DNA of 64,000 bases from Phoronis australis (lineage: Eukaryota > Animalia > Phoronida). The stretch is from positions 788,860-852,859 of the forward strand of contig NMRA01000142.1 of the NCBI GenBank assembly GCA_002633005.1. Direction: 5' to 3'. Positions 51,092-64,000 of the stretch are shown piece after piece. How positions within the stretch are numbered: the first letter of the stretch is position 1; each line of letters opens with the position of its first letter. Both the position numbers and the translations under genes were made by a program. The notes under the pieces were generated by a model, which worked only from the letters and a program-made list of their open reading frames with translations, had not been told where the DNA came from and ran no database searches.

Positions 51092-53499
51092 ATTACCAAA
51101 TTGGTCAATGAGCACCATACAGATGACATTAACTGACGAGATTGTCACTTACAGTAAGACCTTACCAATTTCGGAGAGAAAAAATGCCACAACTGGTCAT
51201 TTTCATTTGTCAAAAGCTTCTAACTTTGTTTTAAATGTCCACAATTTCCCAGAAAATTGTCTGAAGGTAGTTATGCCACAGAACTTTAAAATGGAATAAC
51301 ATATAGAAACCTTAATCAAAAGTTGGTTTTTGACAAAAGGTGTGGTTTATTCCTCCTTTAAAAGAAATTGAAAACGTGACAAAAACAAGTTGACTTAATA
51401 AATACCTGCAATCACACAACATCACATAGCTCAAGTTGACATTGTTACAATGTAACTTTTAGATAGAAGCACTGTAGTGATTCCATTATCACAATAGGGT
51501 CATGTTCAGTAGCATCACATAAAGAGTTGAAAAGTTTAACTGTGGTTGACCATCAACCACAGTTGCAACACTTCATACGAATGGAGCTGACTCAGAAATC
51601 TGAAGGCTTGTTTACATCCGCGGATGTTTAAATCGCCATTTCAACATACCGAGTAAAATCGCAACGCTAATAGTTATTTCGTTACCCGCTAAAAACCGTG
51701 GATTTTACTCGGCAAATGCTGAGTAAAATGTGTCAGCTGCAATAAATCACTCGGGGGCCCCTGCAGATACCAGATATGGCTCACCAAACCTATGGTACTT
51801 CATGACATCACCTCACGCCAGTTGCCTTAGAGCACAAAACAAGTATGTGGCCTTGTAGTTCCGTGCGTGTCCCCTAGGGGAAGTGGGACACGCGGGTATC
51901 ATTTAATTTTCCCCAGGAAAATTTCTACACTGGCATTTCTGATTGGCTGGTGGAATTGTCGACAGGTAGCGCTTTATACGCAAACAAACAAGCAAGCATG
52001 ACTGATGGTGGACGTGTACATGTGGATATAGTTTGTGGTCTGTTATACAGACAAATCAGTGCTCAATTGGGATATGTTCAAGAAATGTGAATCGGAAAGT
52101 TGTGGTTATGCCTTTTTGGTGAGCCTTTTTCTGCTGTCGCTGGCTTTTGTTTATGCTGCTGCTAGAATATCCTTTTTGGTTAGCGATATCAAGCTCATAA
52201 ACTGGCCAGGTTGCAGACAACTGTTCATGGTCTTTTTGACGTTATTGACACTGTAGAGAGAAAATTTGGTTTGCAAAAATGTTGACAAGCCTAAAAATTT
52301 TTCACAGCCCACCATTTTTTGTATTTTTTGTAAGTCTAACTAATAACTGCTGAGGTTACACCAACCAGTGACAAAATGCGTGTTGCTGAATGACACCCGT
52401 GAGTCCCCTTCCTCGTAGCAGGTATGTGAGGAACATGCAAGGTATGTGGCCAGAGAAGGATTGTAATTTCCAGCCAAATGATTGCAGTGAAACCGACTTA
52501 CTTGCTAACAGAGGGCGCATTGTAAAATACCAGAGAAATAGCAAGGAAAATCATGTAAATAATCACAGATTACCATTTAAAAGTAAACAGTGAAGAAACA
52601 GCAGAAAAAAATTCACATGAAAATGCTGCTTGTAAGAGTCAGAGCTGACAGCAAGACATTGAAAATTAATATGAACAGAGGACAACAAGTCAAGTATTGT
52701 CAACCCCCCCCCCCCCCCANTGCGTCTAGGAGTGAAACAGAGGCTATGCGGAGAAATTTAAAACCAGTCCCACAATGCCACAGTTGATGTTGTGTAGTTC
52801 ATTAGTCAGAGCAAGCACTAAGGTAACATCTCACCCATTTAGGACACAATATGGCTGATACGTGAAATTGTATTTTATTTTTTCGTGAAAGATATGTAGC
52901 ACCAAACTAATGCTTTCCCACGTTCAGTACCATAGTTACCATCAGATAATGGTTTAAATAACTATGGGTATTTAAAACATTGTGCTAAGCCCTTGAAAAA
53001 TGAGAAAAGAGCAATTTTGGTCATTAATTTGTCCACAACTGGTGAGATTTTTTCGAACTTTTACAACTTCAAACATTTAGGTCAATAACCTAAGCAGGCA
53101 CAGTGATGACACCAGACTGTTTGGAATGCACTTATTTCATGACAAAGATATTGACATTCTTCATCATATCATACTGCTGCACTGTCCTGGGGTGAAAAAT
53201 ATCTCTAAGGGTCAGGCGCAAAAGATTCATCAAACATTGGTGGTCATGTCATTGCCACCATGTATTAAGGACAATTTAGTCAATCATCTACAAAACTATC
53301 GAAAGTAACTCATATGACTGATAATAGCAAGCCTGTATTATTTGATTACTGACGTTATGCCAATCTGAAATCTGACAAAATCATGTCTTTTTAATAAAAT
53401 TCAGCACAATAGGAAAACAATTGTATTAACAACATAACCAAATTTCATCTAGTTACAAGATGTTACATTTAGTTTAATTTTCTAAAATATCATTCATTT

Positions 53500-54952
53500 A
53501 ACAGCTTATTATTTAAAACGATTGTATTCCTATAAAATGACATAGGCAAGAAATTGAATTTCGGGCTTCAAAAGTGAGGACTCTATATTAATATAGGTAA
53601 GGGGCCCCACTTCAGACACCCGAAATTCTTGCCTATCTATTATATAAAATGCATCGTTTGCACAAACTCTGTCTTCCCCGCTCCAATACAGACCTTCGTT
53701 GCGCCAGTTTCGGCACCGCCTTGGTCTCAGGTATTGCACCAGCCCCCTATTTGAATTCGAGGTGTTCTATTTTTTCTCGCGGGCCGTTTTTTCGCTGACG
53801 CAGAGGGAGGGTAGCCGGTTTCGTACTTGCCTCGGTGACGTCATTTCGTCGGCTCAATGGCCTGGGTGACGACACTCCGTCGACTTAATTTCACTCCCTC
53901 CGGCTTGTCGCGTATATAATTCATCGGGCCTGTCGCCGCCAAAATTAGTTATGCCTCACTATAAAATTCTTACTCTTCCTTGAGTAAACTAAATTATTTA
54001 CCTTGGTGTTGGAAAATTGGCGTTTTTCAGCTATTTTGCTGCTAAAATTGCGATGCGCTCTTTCGGCGCCAATATGTTGCATCTACTGTTGACCAGTTTG
54101 TTATTCAATCAAATGTGAGGTTGCGTACATGACATAACAATCACAAGTCGCTTCATTTCATCACAAGCTTTTACTATATTATTATCAGAAAACCCAATTT
54201 CAGAAAAAAAATCTCGAGAGATATTGCAAAATTTTCAGAAATGGCGCGTACGTGCGCGTGTCACAAGTATGCACTGTTTTCAAAACAACCACAGATTTTC
54301 CATTGTTACGAAAAATAATGTTTATTAGATTGTCTTTTTACTTCTATAAACGGCTGTAACGGGCAAGATGAATGTAGGTTCATTACCAGATTCTGCATGC
54401 ACCCCTGTAGGTTGTTAGCTCTAAGTTTCACAACAAGCTGAGCAGCGGGGTTGTGTGAAATTTTGGTGTCTAACGGAGCTCTACACACAGCTACCTAGTT
54501 GTATAATGACGATAATCTTCATACAGATAGCTGGCTTTCAACCTCAGTATGTACATTTACAATGCAACTGTTGTAAATACATCTATATACTTTGTGTACT
54601 ATACAGTATTTTAAATGCATTCTTAGTTTTCACTTAAAGAATATTTGATTACTGTACTTTGTGTTAAGGCACGGTCAAATGTTCTTAAAAGAAATTTGTA
54701 CTGCCTGGGGAAAGAATCCCGCAGCCGCACACCTTGCCTACTAAAATCTGACAGTGACTGAAATTCTAGTTGAAGCTTTGAACACGGCCTTTTCAAGAAG
54801 TATTCCTGTCTCGTGCGATGAACACTAATGTTCACTCTTAGGAGTATCTATTTCCCTCGGCGTTTACCACCGTAGTTGCTACCCGTGAGAAAGCACGGGT
54901 AACGGCTAGTCTTAATTTAATAAGAATAAGTCGTTTTAAATAATAAGCTGTT
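53500..54952. mobile_element. 1.45-kb non-autonomous DNA transposon with a 4-bp TSD (Sola1-like, tentative)
   Basis: TIR aacagcttattatttaaaacga at both ends, ATTT duplicated on both flanks, CpG-rich interior, no long ORF. Confidence 0.8.
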
Positions 54953-55883
54953 ATTTCTATTTATGCACGAGCCATGGTCTCCAGGAATAACAAACTGTAA
55001 GTCCTTAGCAACCAAGAAATCACTTCCCACCTTAGTAAGGAAACAGCTGAGTCCAATTCCACAGCGGAAAGTTTATGTCTTGAACCAAGATTCACAGTCA
55101 CTTTAACTATAATTGCAATCACGAAAATGGGACACCCAACAGCTTAGCCAACACTATACAATTTACGACACAAAGGATATGCTGCTCCCTCACTTTGTGT
55201 ATGGTATGCAGATCAGGCTGGATAATATGCTTTTGTCATCTGATAACTTTTTCATGACCTATAACAAGCAAATGACACACGGGCCAACCAACACTTAATT
55301 ATGTTACACCCCAAAAATGCCATTCATAAAGAGAATCAAATATGACTTGACAGAACTTTGGGAATGCCGGTATACTCTAATCTACTTATCACTGTGTATT
55401 TTAGTATGCTTTATTTGATGCTATTCCTTGAAAAAGTGGCTTTCTAAACTTAACTAGAACTCCAAAGGCAATTATTTTGCCCATAGAGCATTATCGTGAG
55501 TGTGTGGGTACCCAAGCTGGCAAACACACCATCCAGAGCAAAAACATTCACTAAATAATGATACAAAGATTAATGTTGGCTGGCCATTGAATGTACTTCT
55601 CCAATCTCGTTGAATCATTGAATGAGTCTGGGAAATTGTGTACAGCGAGTTTTAGGAAACGGCATCATCGGTAATTGTCTGAAGATAGAAGCTCAAGCCC
55701 TCAGGTGAGACCAATTATGATTATCCTAGCTTTGTTGTACAACTTTGTATTGCTCGCAGAAAAAAAGTGAAAAGTGAGTGAAAAAAATCTAACGCAAAGT
55801 TAATGCCATTAAAACTATGCTCTTCCTTGAGGCCATTTTACAATAGAAATACGAGATTAAGAATATATATAAGAAACATAATC

Positions 55884-56203
55884 AAGGAGTTGTCCGACTC
55901 AAACTCAGACACTGTAGTCAGGGTGCCCAGTTCAGCATCTGAACACCCAAGTAAGCAAGTAATCATGGTTGTCTTTTTAACTGGCTAGTAGCAGTTCTAG
56001 GACTTCACTGACCTGTCCAAAACAATAAAGTTGGTTTAAAAAAAATTTAGTGCAGGACAATGTCTCCGCGGTAACATACTAGAATATAACAACAATTTGA
56101 TTTGGGGTCATAAAAATGGCGTAGCTCATTATTGGCCATGGACGCCCCGAGTAATCAGGAACTCATTTTGGACACCCTATTTTACAATCTTGGATGAACC
56201 CCT
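55884..56203. repeat. Dispersed repeat (possibly a hAT-like MITE), diverged copy of 19127-19485
   Basis: Same shared blocks; ends in gatgaacccctg. Confidence 0.65.
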
Positions 56204-58071
56204 GGGTACTGACAATGAATACTCTATTCCCGACTGACTCAAATTTAGAATTACATAGTCCAAAAGTAGACAAGTCCCTCATCCCGGTAGCATTGGTATA
56301 AAGCTCTATATAAATAGCCAAATATACCGTTTTTTACCCACATCAACGCTTAGCTTGAAGTGTTTTGTCGCGAGTCATTATACAGTTATCATCTGTGTTG
56401 CCTCTCTCAGTGTTGCAGCCACATGCGTGCCTTTGTCATAACCCTCGGTTTGACCTCGAGCACATGGAAAGTCATCGGGATTCACTATCAGTCTTGTAGA
56501 TGAGGACTCCAATTTACAGAAACATTTCATTCTTGAAGGATTGCAAGCTTGAGTTGGGAGGTATTCATCATCTTCACACAATTGGTACTCAAAGTGATGT
56601 GATTGAATAGAATCCTTATACAAACAAAGATTACAGCTATAGAGAAAGTAAGGAGTACCCAACATAGAGCTGCCTGTTGGGTAAGGAGAAGGTTCTAGCA
56701 CAATACTTAGTAGGTCAATGCTCCATACCCTAGTCTCTAATTTGCCACAGACGCAAAGCTCTTAGGCTGAAAGTCTGTGATCACCAATTCTAACTCAGGC
56801 CTAGTCCGAAATTCAGGCAACTACTGTATAGGAACCAAAAGATCACCGTTTTATAATATGCCAATAAATAAGACAACCCACAGGGAACTAGAGATAATGG
56901 TAAGCATTTATCGGTAACCGGCTGATGGGCGACCGAGGTACGATATCCGTGCGACCTGTATTGTTATATCCAACAAAGACGCAACAAAGGAAAACAATGG
57001 TAGCATCCCGTAGGCGATAACCATGCAACGCGCTTATGCCTATCCAAGGATCTCGCAACTTAAACAATAGCTTGCGAAATCCATACAAAATCATTTGGCA
57101 TGGGCAACTACTGAACAAGAGCAGTGCAGGGCGTTGACATGCATTCACCAAGTGCATCGCATATAGCGCAGATACAAGATATCAACATTATTTAATAAGC
57201 ATTCCTGCTAAGTTGAGAAATGCTAATAAACTTCATGACAGCTTCTAGGCGGTGCAAAAACAGCCAGAAATTCTCTCCACAATAGTAACACAACTCTCAC
57301 CTTTTGTCATGATTCTTCAAGAAAACTAGAGGATAAAGAGGCAGATGACAAAAGACACAAAACAACAGAAACATCACTAGGGAGCGCAACATAGATCGAA
57401 TCCATAGAAAACAGGGCAAGTGTTGTCGTCTGCATGATGAGTAACTTATTTTCCAAATTTCATGAACATCTATCAAGGAACTTGGTAGATATCAAAGCAA
57501 ATACAAAGAAAAACAAAACTGCCACTAGGCAACTCCCGTAGTCGGAATTGTCTCAAAATCCATGCGTACAGTCCTCACATGCCAACTTTCATTAAGATCC
57601 ATCAAAGAATTTCATGTTTCACAAGGTGACGAGCAGAACTGGCTGGGCAGTGTGAAATTTCAAGGTCTGTGTGAAATTAACACACAGCTGTTCTGTGTAG
57701 GCCTTATTCAGTGGGAGTAACTGGTTCTCAAATCAGGGACACATCTATCTGAATATTACTGCTGAACTGCTGAAGGTCTGTGGTTTTCCCCTCAGTACAA
57801 TCAAACTCAAAATTTTCACTCGCTCCCAGGCATAACTTTCAGTTAGCAAGCAACCAGGAGGATTACCTGTGGCGTAACCAGTAGCGTAGGTTGGTGAACC
57901 CATCGGTTGGCTACAATACAGCCCAACCGAATTACCGAATCAGGCCCAGTGGCAGTTAGGCGAAGTCGAGAAGTGGAAAACTCCGACATCTCTTTCTGAA
58001 TGAAACCATCCATTGCGATAGATAAACTAAAAATATACTTTAAAGATATATGAAAATTATCACGCACTTAC

Positions 58072-58250
58072 CTTTGAACGCTAACTACAAAAGTAGCCTC
58101 TTCAAGATATATGGTAAGATATTTTAAAAAGGCTTAACGAGACAGCTGATCCGCCAATATTTTACAACCATTTTGGGTGTGACGAAACCGAGGCAACCAC
58201 TTTACGTACTCGTAAACTAAAGAGTTCGGCGTCGTCTGTAGTGACATCTC
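58072..58250 (-). other. Candidate non-coding first exon of Rap2 in a CpG-enriched region
   Basis: Strong AAG|GTAAGTG donor at 58071; CpG-rich with CCAAT boxes at about 58332 and 58362. Rap2 has a TTACAG acceptor 8 nt upstream of its ATG (exon start 41345) that needs an upstream donor. The linkage is inferred. Confidence 0.4.
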
Positions 58251-61200
58251 TTGTCAGCTATCAGAAACTCTCCGAGGGTCATGCGCGTATCTAGGCACGG
58301 ACAACTATATTCAGCTAAAAGTACGCGCGTCATTGGCGCAAAAACAATGTGACGCACTGTGATTGGTTCATTCGGGCCAACAGACCCATTAAACTTGGAA
58401 GCACAAAACGACAAAAAATCATAACATGGTCCAGTGGTCGGCTCAATGGGGCCAAAACTTGAGGTCGTCACGTTTTTCTAAATCCCTACGCGTAGGGCCT
58501 ATCTGGACTTCGCTGTTCGGGGGGGGGGAGGGAATGTAATATGGATCCTTTTCCTCGTGCGCGGGGCAGGCATCCGATATTTGTTCAGTACTCAGTGCTT
58601 CGCGTGTGTCGTGTCCTTCGGTACACGAGGCATATGTCATTCCCTCTTTCCCGCTGTGAATGAGGCATAACTATTCTGGACATGAAAAATATCGCAAGGC
58701 GAGGCCAACTCGAAACATTTTAGGAAACTGATAGCGCATTTCCTAGGACTTAACTCAGATTAGACGTGTTACGTAACCAAGTGGTAGACAGCCACATTAA
58801 CAACGATACCATCCAGTCCACTACATTTAAGTAGTTTCTGGCTTGAAAGAACGGATTTTTTAATCTTTACATACCCGGTATTTGCAAAGAGTGAAAATCA
58901 TTAGATTGTTAATTGAACCAGGCTAAATGTAGTATAATGTGTGAAACTTTTGAAAGCATATATAGTGGAAAAAGACTCCGAGTCAGTGATGACAAAAACT
59001 TCCAACTGCAAAACAAAACCGCTTCATTAATTGGCTCACTTTGCCAACTAAATAGAAGTAGTCATCGCATTCAAGGTGAACGAACGGGGGCCATCGTCTT
59101 TTCCTTTAGCGTCATGGTTCGCTTCGAAATCCGTAGGCCTACTGTACGAGCAATAGTTTTACTCAAATGGTCTTACAGTATAAACTGCTCCACGGTGCTC
59201 ACGCTGGCACCAACATTGTTGTTTTCAGGGATCGCTGACAAGAGTTTTGATCGTCTGTCCCTATATTACCGAGCTCTTCCGTAGATAAACCCACCCGATA
59301 AAACGCCCATGGGCGTTTATTCAGAAAATTCTGCCGAATAAACGCCCATGGGCGTTTATTTGGTGTTACAGCTTGTGGTGTCAAGTGTTCAGGTAGTAGA
59401 GCGTTTATTTGGGAACTTTCCACTTAAAACTTCACTCAGTATTAACTTTTAGTCACAAATTCAGTTTTTTGAAGCATTTATCATTTATAAAAACGAACAA
59501 AGCGTTGGCGAACTCAAAAGGGCTGTTGCACTTACCAATATACATGTCGCGCTTCATGCTGGCATTTGCGTAGCCAAACCTATGACTTTCCGTTTACACC
59601 ACCTCATTTTCCAAATAATCGCCAGGCGTTGATTTGGTGTTACCAAAACGCCTGAAAAATGTTTATTTTCTGAATACTCCCCCATGGACTTATCTACGGA
59701 AAATCCTGCTATCTTCTTATTAGAATTTAGATATCATTCAAGACCTAGGCGTGATTGGGACTCATTTTCTTCTATTTATTTATTTTTTAGAAATACTGAC
59801 CTTACTTCTTCATACTTTTGCTTCATGATGGTTGCAAATAGTTTCACTTTCACAAAATGTGACATCCACATGAGCGAGCATCTGCGAGCATACTTGTATG
59901 CCTAGTGGTCGCGCGCGCCGAAGTCTTCGGCAACAATGGTGTCGCCAGCATAGCCATTGATGCTGTAAGCTATTGCTTCGAAACTACGCCCCCCTATACC
60001 GTCACTTTCGGCGCCTAGGCGCTACGTTAAATGTAAAAAGGTGGTTGCTACGATAAAATGTAAAAAGGTGGTTGACTACAGCTACGTGTGCTTACGCCCC
60101 ACAATGAGGTAACTTGCGGTGGGTAGGCGCTACGTTAAAAAGAAAAAAGGTGGTTGGCTGCCCTGCGTGCGCCTAGTGCGCCCCACTGCCGTAGTGACAG
60201 CACTGCAAGTTGCTAGTTGGCTAAAAAAACTCTAAAAGCAAATTTGAAATTAACAACAGACGCACGTGTATACCTGGGACACTCATTCATATTGAGAAAT
60301 GAATTGGTGAATGTATTTGTTTAGTGTGAAGTTTTATTTTGATTTGTCGAAAATAGAATTTCAAGGCATTTTTTCATAATGCTGAAAATACAACAACCTT
60401 GATTTATATTACTGTCTCATGAGAATGAAATAGCATTTTTCATTTTAAGATGAGGCCTATTATAAACTCTAGCCTGACAAATTTAGACACATTTTAACAA
60501 CATTTCCCAAATTGCACTAATGTGTGGCTATCAACCGTCGTATGACAGTATACTATTTGAAACTGGCAGGAACTCCCTCTTTCGGGCAATCGATGGAATT
60601 CAGATTGTACGTAGTACACGCCTATCTTTTTGTTGCACTGTTAAATGATTTGAGAGATTTTTAAACAGTAGCTAAAGTTTGATCATTTTCACAACGAATT
60701 TCTGTTTCAAACCGGTATCTAAGACGTCTCTTAAACTATTCATAACATTGTGTCATTAATCCCACATCATTGTAGTTTAGCTTTAAATAATTTAAAGTGG
60801 TTTATATTAGACTTTTATTTTACTTGCATACATTATGTGATTTCTCCAACTCAGATACAATGCCCTGCAGTCTCTGCATTGCTTTTGTTGTTTTATGCAT
60901 CAAATGATATCCCACTGAAAAATGGGCCTACGGTGTATTTTCGGAAACTTTTCCTAGTATAGGCGCATAGGCCTACATTTGAGGGACTGTTTGCGAACAT
61001 TCGCGCTTCATCAGACTCATTACGTAACGCACTTCCGGTATAAAAAGTGCACGCATAAGAAGCGCCAGATATTTTAAACATGGTTCTTCTACAAGCTCAG
61101 CGGTTCAGCTAAGACGGCTACGACGGCAAGAACATGTACAAATGCCGAATATGAAGAATCTACAAAATACAATTCTCAACAAACAAATGCTGCGTTATTG

Positions 61201-62697
61201 GTACTTACAAACCTTTCAAATATTGATTACCTTAAACCGTTTTCAACTGCGATATCATTCATGCTTTGAAGCGGAAAACAGAAACCTCGTTGTATCACGT
61301 ATATTTGACCATAAAGTGCGCTGCACACCCCATTTCTCAGCACTACACACATTTGTTCAGTTGAATCATGTGCGTGTTTGCATTATTTTTAAAACGTAAA
61401 CAATTAATTTTTAAAACGTTTTTCTTTGAAGCTCAACAGAGTTTTACGTACAGATCTTGCTAATCTTAATTTATGTTTTTAAATCCTAGACACAAATGAT
61501 AGGGTATTTTGGTTCATATAGAAGTCGCCAAAAGCCCGTGTAAATAAGTGTATTATTTATTGCAGAATTTTCCATCAATTCGATTTGTCAACTTTGTCCT
61601 TTTTTCAAATTGTGTGACGTAAAGCGTCCCTGTGCCATTTATATCAGCGTTTTTACACTACATGCCCATTTAAACGACAAAAGATGGTATTCTGGATATA
61701 CATACGTCTATGACCGACTACACTACTTCTTATTATCTCAAATTTTATATATTGCTGTTTAGGATCCGACCCGTATGCGACTTTTTGATAGTGCGTACAT
61801 TTTTACGGCTTCGTAAATTCGGGACATTTTATTTGATACATTCTACCGGTTCGTTTAGCGATGAACTGTTCCGAATTCATGTATTTGTCATTATTACGAT
61901 ATCTTTATTTCCAAAAGTATGTACTAGTTTGGTGAATTTAGTCGATATTACGAAATCACTTGTTCGTAGCACCTTCAGGATTCATCGCATTTCGTTGATT
62001 CGATAATTGCAGTTGGTTACATATTCATTAATTCGTTGCATTATATGGACTCATCAGTTCATTGCATTGATTCAGCATCAATTCATAGTATCGATTCAGC
62101 AATTACCTTGCCTTGGTGATTGTTGTTGGTTTTTACGGATTCACTTATTCTACGCATTTTTGCGCTAATTTATGCATCGCATGTTACACATTCATTTATT
62201 TCTAGTACTTGGGAATTCATTAATTTGTTGCATCTCTTCTATATATGAATGAATTAATCGTTTCGTTTTACGGAATCAAAAATTCACGGAACTGAACGGG
62301 TGTACTATTTCAATTAGTCGTCACCTTTTACATGTATTATGGGTACAACAATTTGACGCTGCACATTTTGTAAAATCTCAAACTTCCAGCCCTTAAACCA
62401 CGGGCCACAGGTAGGCCATTTCGGCTAAGTTCTGAAGGGAGCAGATTTTGTGTGTATTGTTTATTTCGTATGTAATGTGCTATTAGGCCGGTGGTCATGT
62501 GTGCAAATAAATCTTTAGAGGCAAGACAACATGAAATTTAAAACCACAGTCGTTGAACTTGATGGGACCCGTTCGTTGCACCATAACGGGTCGGCTTGAC
62601 ATGAAGCTTTTGCATAGGATTTAAACTTTACAAAATACTTATTTATCAAATACTAAAATTAAATTCACGACCATTTTGAACTGTTATTCTTGTTATG

Positions 62698-62930
62698 CAT
62701 GCGTGCACCCAGGGGGGGCTCCCATTTGGCGAAGTGGGTAAAAAGTTCCGCCTCAGACAAACAAAAAGTCCGAGAAAATGAGACAAAATTCCACTAAAAA
62801 GGCGTAGACGCACAATTCACACGTCTGACGGTGGTACCCCTTTTTTATTATTCCTCCCGCTTTTTTCTTAGCAAAATGTCCACTTTGTCAGAAACTTGAG
62901 CCCCCATATTAAAGGCTGGATGCGCCTATG
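62698..62930. mobile_element. hAT-like MITE (tentative)
   Basis: Imperfect TIRs gcgtgcacccag / ctggatgcgcc; tgttatgc repeated at both junctions. Confidence 0.45.
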
Positions 62931-64000
62931 TTATGCAACACTGACTTGATCACTGTGCTATGAATGAATGAAATACGGGTTTCTTAGGCCGAGCTCCAAA
63001 CCCGGCCCCTCCCTTGCGAATGTAGTTAGGCCTAATTTACTTTTTCATACGGAATTTAGTAGCTACCTGATAAAAACGTACTAACCCTTCGTAAGATCCA
63101 CAAGTATCCCCCGGGTTTGACAAGAAACCATTTAGTCAGTGACATACTTGTTTATCGCCGACTTCGAAATGAAGTCACATCATGGCAAGGAATATTATGA
63201 GACCGATTTTGTGGAAGTAAACTGCATAACTCGATTTTCGTTTTTCAGCCAGATAAACAGCGCGAAATACATCTTTATTACCTTTTCTGGAAAGGGAATA
63301 TATAGAACTGAAAAACTGAATTCAACAAAATCAGACTTACCTGTTCAGCTCACCTACATTTCTTACACTATTACGATTGTGATAAATTCAAGGCTTACCG
63401 TTGCGACTTTAGTATTTAGCCGCGTACAAAAAAGACGTCAATGGCCACTTCTGCCAATTTCGAAAAGTAAAGCAGGTTATTTTAGTTACGTGATTCATAA
63501 ATTTTATATTTAGCATACAATAGCAAGATAAGTTATAATCAATAACTTAGTTCCCAACAATTTTTTTTTCTGATGAATTACTTTGATTTATTATAATGTA
63601 AAGAGGATGAGTACGACGTAACACCGAATTCGCCCGTAGCTTATAATGAAGTTCATTGCTTTCAGTAGCTCGCTGCAAAAACGAATGCATCCTCGAGTAG
63701 GTATTAGCCGTATGCAATCACACCCCGGACTGCAAGGTGGAGATGTACGGCCTGCTAATACCGGGTTGAAAGGCAGGGGATATGTTCAACACGCGCTCAT
63801 GACAATACTCTTCCCTAATACCCGGTCTAAAAAGACGTTGCTTGGCATCTGCGGCAGACAAGAAAAAGTCGTGTCAAACGAAGATAGAGCAGCTGTTGGC
63901 CTTGAGCAATGAGCTATTTTCGGGCGAAATTTCTTAATTTGTTCTTGCAGCAGTTTGCCACTCATAAATGTATTAGGACAAAGCCAGATAAGGTGGTTGT

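Noticed and set aside
52704-52720. Poly-C run followed by an ambiguous base
   Set aside because: Probably a sequencing or assembly uncertainty at a homopolymer, not a biological feature.

Overview
Eukaryotic genomic DNA from an AT-rich, intron-rich invertebrate metazoan; nothing indicates a prokaryotic or viral origin. Four protein-coding genes are supported. (1) The first 11 coding exons (415 codons) of the phosphorylase kinase regulatory alpha subunit (PHKA-type) on the minus strand, 22145 to 59, continuing off the left edge. (2) A GT31-family beta-1,3-glycosyltransferase nested antisense inside a PHKA intron, with a small first coding exon ending at 7050 and a main exon at 9094-10063. (3) A complete 82-aa complex III subunit UQCRQ/QCR8, head-to-head with PHKA. 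(4) A Rap2 small GTPase with an intronless CDS at 40798-41337 (minus) that probably has introns in both UTRs. The non-coding DNA is rich in non-autonomous DNA transposons (Merlin-like, hAT-like, Sola-like and long fold-back palindromes, some nested) and tRNA-derived SINEs, and contains one Penelope-type minimal hammerhead ribozyme motif. No autonomous transposase or reverse transcriptase ORF, CRISPR array or intact RNA gene was seen. I found no convincing new biological system; the best leads are the nested gene, the hammerhead motif, the palindrome stack beside the putative bidirectional promoter, and a duplicated poison acceptor in PHKA. All calls were made by eye, without database searches.
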